Assembly: GCA_010909165.1 (NCBI GenBank)
Contig: MU008175.1
Span: 62,001-126,000, forward strand
DNA: 64,000 nucleotides
From: Anthoceros angustus
Taxonomy: Eukaryota > Plantae > Anthocerotophyta
Direction: 5' to 3'
Part shown: positions 58,874 to 64,000 of the stretch, one piece after another
How positions within the stretch are numbered: the first letter of the stretch is position 1
Layout: every line of letters begins with the position of its first letter
Position numbers and translations under genes: made by a program
The notes under the pieces: model-generated
Databases searched by the model: none
Seen by the model: the letters and a program-made list of their open reading frames with translations, nothing else
Told to the model about the DNA's origin: nothing

Positions 58874-61542
58874 CTAATGCCGGGGAGCTGTGCTGAGAGC
58901 ATTGAACAAATCTGAAATCAGGTCGTCCACGTCTTCTATGCCCACCTGCCAAGTGACAAGGCCAGTGGCACCCATCAACGGCGTACTTGCTGGTCAGGAC
59001 AGGTACGAAAGGGATAGCCGAGAGGCATTCGGTAGATGAGCTGTTAGATACAAGGGCCTACACAAGAGAGTGGTTGACGGCACGTACTGAAAGACGGATC
59101 AAGTCCTCGAACAAGCCTCTCGCTTTCCGAACCTCTGCTGGAATGCTAGCGTGAGACATAAAGCAAGGCAAGCTGATTAACGACTTCACGCTACCTGCAT
59201 CAGGATGTGTACGTCAACGAGTACATCATTCACATGTGGACAGTGAAGTGGAATCTACATCAGCCCGGGGATGTGACGATCAGCTTACCAAAGCTTACAG
59301 TGATGCTGAAAAGCTTGGTCTGTTCTGCAATGTGCTTGGAGATCTCCAAGGACCCTGTAGTGAAGCTCAACACAGAGCCTGCACCTTTGCACTGTTGTCC
59401 AGAGCATATCAGCAACCTCATGATTTGGTGTAAGGTTTGTGGAACGGCTGGACAGAGTGGGGTGGGTCACCTGAGAAAAGTGGAGATCACGCCCAGGGTG
59501 GCCAGGCAGCCCCGCATAGTTCACTCGTTTGACGAGAGGGTGTCCTGCCAGGTATTCGGCGATCTTCTGTGCACTGGCCTGTTGAAATGACAACATCTCA
59601 GCAGGTGTGATAAGGGAGGGAGTGCAGAGCAAACAGATAAGTGGATATCTGCATCTGAGCACCTGCTGTTTCTCTACCCTCAGAGCCATTGTCTTGATGC
59701 CCCGGAGGCACAGCCAGCAATCAAACGGTGCTAGACCTGTCCCCTCTGCATTTTGGAGGAAGTAGATATCTTTCGCCAAGCTGCAACGAGGGCGAACTAA
59801 GAGAGAATCAGCCCTCAACATCTAAGTTACGATTCATGGTGAAGCAGCTACAAATACACACCTCTCTCCCTTCACAGCCAGGATCCCCGCCATCACATCA
59901 CTGTGACCCGCAATGAATTTTGTGGCTGAGTGCATCACAATGTCTGCACAAGCACTGACATGAGAAGGTTGAAGCCAACCACTCCAAAACCACTCAGCAA
60001 CACAGTAGTTATTAAAGCACCTGCTCCGAGGGACAGTGGTTTGGAAAGAACGGGAGACATGATGCTGTTGTCAACAATCACAATGGCTCCGTGTTCATGT
60101 GCCACTTTTGATATTGCCTGCCCACGGTCAGTTGCTAACCTGTTTTAGGGACGTTCCTACTGATGAATCACAAAAAAAAGATAATTAAGGCAGTGTGATA
60201 GGATGAGAAACCCGGATATCAGATATCTGCTGTCGTGGATTAGTTGGACTTTCTAGCCAGACGAGCTTTGTCTCAGGCCCAATAGAAGCTTTCACTTCTT
60301 CCAAATTGCTTGTGTCTACTCTCCTAAATATAATGCCAGCAGCAAATCAAAACAAAGATGATGCCAGACAAATCAGAATGCAGAATGTCAAACAGTGAAA
60401 AAAGACTCACGCACGGAAACTATGATTGCTTACTTCACGATGACACCGGACTTTGGCACAACTCTCGACAGTAGCCTATCAGATCCCCCATATATGTCAT
60501 CACCAGCCACAATCTCCTGCCCTGCAGACAAACACAATCCATGATGAGAACGCTCAGATTTGTTCAGACGGGAGACTAAACAGGCATACATTAGCCCTGT
60601 CTCACCTGCCTGAACCAGATGTGTCACAGTAGCCAAAGCAGCCATCCCAGTGCTGAAGGAGAATGCTCGATCCGCACCCTCAAGCTGAGCAACCAATCTG
60701 CTTTGTCCACTGTCAACTTAATTGTAACGAAGCATGGAAGAGCAAATCTTCCCAGAAAACGACCATACTCACTTCTCCAGTGCATCACGTGTCGGGTTGC
60801 CACTCCTTGTATAGTCATACTGGCCATTCTCTGTGGCTGATGGCTGGCATCAACAGAAAGGAAATGCAAGAGATTCACAACTCAGCTTCTGGAAATCCAA
60901 GTGACCCCGCTCAAACAGAATGGAGCAAGAGGATACCTGCTTGAAGGTTGCTGTCTGGTACAGGGGAGTGCTAAGAGCTTCATAGGGATCAAACGTATTA
61001 TCCAGTTGCAGCAGCTGTGTTGAGACGCTCAGCTTTCTTTCCTGTACAGCTGAGAGAGACCGAATTCTTATCATTCTGATGACCAGTCCAAGCCTCAGCA
61101 GCTTGGCACCACAGAGCGCCACCAACTTCAGGTAAGAGGATGCAAATGTCACAGAGGCAAACTACCAGCAACAGGCGCTTTCAACAACTCCTGAGCATCT
61201 CCCTTCTCCACCACAGTATCATCAACCACGGATTCCCCTGTGTGAGGTTCAGCACGACACCTCACCCCCACACATCTTGATTGCCATTTGGCATTCACCA
61301 ACGCCCCATTGTGGCATAGCTGCAAATAGAAAGGAGAAAAAAATTATCTGACTCTCACATTCCAAAGCAAGAGCATTCCCCTGTCTCACCTTCAGACCGA
61401 GCCCTACAAATTGAGAGCCACATCTGCCCGGAAGGCGAGAGACACCCAACCACGAGCTCCAGCTTATGGGTAACCGTGGAAGCTCTTCCACCACGGTGAG
61501 TGCATGGAAGGACGAGGCAGCCCTCTCCATGGCGACCTCCAT
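58874..61542 (-). CDS. CBL: Cystathionine beta-lyase, plastid-targeted, multi-exon
   Basis: Transit-peptide exons 61542-61390 and from 61319. Then [65 protein letters not shown] (PLP lysine), [45 protein letters not shown] and [13 protein letters not shown]; stop at 58874-58876. Confidence 0.95.
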
Positions 61543-61738
61543 TGCGTTCTTCCACTCAGTGTGGAATCGATTCCCAGCTATGGGGAAGGCAGGATGCAGT
61601 CACATTCAAAACGGAGTCCGTTGCAATATTTACATATTCGGTTCACGGGTTAAGGATGCAGCCTGAACTGTTGCCCTTTCCCCGATTTACATATCATGTC
61701 AAAATTGGAGAGGAAGGAGCGACGGCGCTGAGACTGCG
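61543..61738. promoter_or_regulatory. Probable bidirectional promoter/5' UTR region
   Basis: Only 196 bp separate the divergent ATGs at 61542 (-) and 61739 (+). Confidence 0.55.
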
Positions 61739-62344
61739 ATGGCTGGCGGACAAGGGAAGGTAGCAGCAAAGGGAGGCCAGCAGAAAGGGAAGGCAGACTC
61801 TAAGCCTACCAAGCAGAACACTGTACAAGGCAAGGCCCCAGCAGCGGGAGGAAAGAGCCAGGAAAAGTCAGGCTCCGGGAGTAAGGGCAAGGCGAAGGAG
61901 GATGCGCCGAAGGCAAAGTTCTATGTCAAGGACGGCAAGAACTACAGCTACAAGGTACTCAGATCAAGCTTGCTGCAAACAGTCTTTTTCGATTTCGAGA
62001 GTTTGAATCACATGATCTGACGTTTTCTGCCAATGCAGGTGCCGGGATCTGTAGAGGTGGGAAGCGTGCAGGAAGCGGAGGCTCTGATGAAAGTGCAGGA
62101 GGAAACCATTTACGGTCTAGGGCCGGGTGGTAATGTTCCTCTGAATGTGGAAGAGTCCGAGGAAGAGTCCTCTGAGGAAGAGGAAATCGAAGCTATTCAC
62201 AACACAATACGAGGAGAAGCAGGTCCTGGTCGGGGAAGAGGTAGTGGCGGTCCGGGCAGAGGGAGGGGACGTGCATATGACAAGCATCATCAGAAAGATC
62301 GTGCCTCCAAGAAACATTTCACCAGCCTAGGTGGTGGATATTAG
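61739..62344 (+). CDS. 173-aa Lys/Gly-rich protein resembling the C-terminus of plant ASCC2-like CUE proteins, 2 exons (61739-61954, 62039-62344)
   Basis: KFYVKDGKNYSYKVPGSV...IYGLGPGGNVPL...GRGRG...HHQKDRASKKHF matches, from memory, the tail of plant ASCC2/CUE-domain proteins. Phase-0 GT-AG intron. Confidence 0.75.
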
Positions 62345-63136
62345 TCGTGTGGCTACATTTGAGCGCTTTCCGGGGCGTCTGCATCGACGCATGGTTGTCG
62401 GAGGTGAGGTTCTTTTATTGTGCGAACAGATCTGGAATGGCTTTCTTTCAACATTGACAACTTTGACAGGCATCTTCATGCCTCACCATGACTGGTAGTG
62501 TCCGAGTCGTCAAGCTTGTTCTTTGAACCTGAGTGGTAGAGTTCTCGATGCTGGTCAGATGGTTTGCAGGAGTAGAGCTCTTGGAATACCTTTGTTTTAG
62601 CAATTTAACTTACGGTGTTCTGGATGATGCAGATGGACCGTCCCTCTTGCATTGTTATTGTTGTTGCTATTGTTGTAGCAAAACAGGAGTTGCCAAGCCA
62701 TTGGTGTTCATGTCGCGATGCATGCACAGCTGCTGCTGCCCATCGCTTATGCTCTATCGATGCATCTGCAGCTACTTCCAATTGTTGTCGCTCTGATGCT
62801 ACATGCGCAGCTGCTGCCCCTTGCTGTTGCTGTAGCAATGGATGCGTACTATTGCTGCCGAAATCTGTTTTGATACAGCAACTGCTGCCCATCGTTGTTG
62901 TTGTTGTTGTTGTTGTAGCAATGCAGCTGCTGCCGCCCAGATATTTCTCCAACCTAACAACTGGACAACGTCTTCTGAACTGGACAAATTTTGAATGCTC
63001 GGCTGGGTAGAAGTGGAACACACCAGAAAACAATCCTACTTTGTTGGTTCTTTTTCTTGTTATGTCTTCCCTTGCGGTACTTCAATGTTATGGCCTCCAT
63101 TCAATGCTCCGCTGTGGAAGACGCGCATGTCACGTA

Positions 63137-63664
63137 CAGTCCACCCCCCCTAATTGGGACTGGTTCGGAGTGCCTTTAGAGGTCCCATTAAGGGAAGTGT
63201 CCCGATTGTATTTTTCCTGTTTAAAAATAATAAAAATGTTATAAACTTTAAAAAAATTGAAAAATACTCAAAAAAAAAGAAAATTTAAATTTTGATTGAT
63301 AGGTTTCACTAAAATTAATTTTACCAGTTCTTTATACAATTGTTTGAAAGCTAGCACTCTCTAAGCAGCATAAAAACCTCTACCTATCATAAAGGAAAAG
63401 CTTAGCTTAAGAGTCTTCAATCACACCTAAAAGTCTATTGTGCTCTCAAATAATGGATTCTTTTTCTTTCTTTTTAAATTTTTAGTAAAAATTAAAAATC
63501 CCATTTAGGAGGTGAAACTAACATGAATGTATGTTTCAAAAGGTCCCAATTACCATTTAGGAAAAGTCCCATTTATTACATTGTAAACTAAAGGGAGTAG
63601 GATGGCAGGTCCCATTTAGAGAGGAATCCCATTTATAGAATTCCCAATTAGGGGGGGCCGACTG
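63137..63664. mobile_element. 528-bp Tc1/mariner-type MITE
   Basis: TA|CAGTCCACCCCCCCTAATTGGGA ... TCCCAATTAGGGGGGGCCGACTG|TA: 23-bp TIRs with 2 mismatches, TA TSD, AT-rich interior. Confidence 0.9.
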
Positions 63665-64000
63665 TATGTGTCTCTGACGAGGAGCCTGTCCTCCTCCGGC
63701 AGCACCTGCATACATGTGTACTTAGAAGGCCCCTTGTCTGGGTACGTGGAAATTAGTACAGGTTAAATCACTGGCACACCAGAAGTAAAGTGTCAAGGTG
63801 TGGCCAAGAGTTCACATCATTGGTAAACTAGAAGCAAAGTGTGAGTTCTGAGGTGGCCTCTTTCTTTGGTGCCTCCGACTCCTTTGTGAGCCATCCCCTA
63901 CGGCTCTGGCTAATTTGCATTTTCATTCTGAACAGAATTTGGGCAACCTATGAAACTCAACTTCCGGACCTGTAGAACGTTTGTATTTCCTTCTATACAG

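Noticed and set aside
62605-63033. Gln/Thr-rich and Cys/Val-rich ORFs on both strands
   Set aside because: Explained by TTG/CTG low-complexity tracts; no domain evidence.
63060-63760. PPR-like frame interrupted by the MITE (DAHVTYVSLTRSLSSSG after excision)
   Set aside because: A single weak motif similarity; insufficient to call.

Overview
Nuclear DNA of a land plant with a compact, short-intron gene structure. A seed-free plant such as a hornwort or lycophyte is inferred from 50-140 bp introns and a bifunctional diterpene synthase; the species cannot be established from sequence alone. Recognisable host genes: a secreted Gnk2/DUF26-like protein, a J-domain protein, a small protein with the plant CxCxPTxHPGSFRCRxH motif, ATG13, a 12-exon bifunctional class II/class I diterpene synthase, a GT4 glycosyltransferase, a large Ser-rich protein with a PNRC-type motif and 61-aa repeats, a matrixin metalloprotease, cystathionine beta-lyase, and a short protein resembling the C-terminus of plant ASCC2/CUE proteins. 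An unidentified spliced gene with one internal stop lies at 7.0-8.5 kb. The accessory DNA is transposon-rich: a gypsy integrase split by a TIR element with a 4-bp TSD; a nested PIF/Harbinger complex (11.3-19.8 kb) containing a non-autonomous LTR element with 1.4-kb LTRs; and a Tc1/mariner-type MITE plus a longer relative. The most striking item is a decayed non-LTR retrotransposon of the restriction-like endonuclease (RLE; R2/NeSL/HERO-like) type at about 38.4-41.6 kb, followed by a 61-bp fragment of nuclear 25S/28S rDNA. A tandemly duplicated fragment of mitochondrial LSU rRNA from the overlapping homologous region lies 10 kb further on. All alignments were made by eye and family calls rest on recalled motifs.
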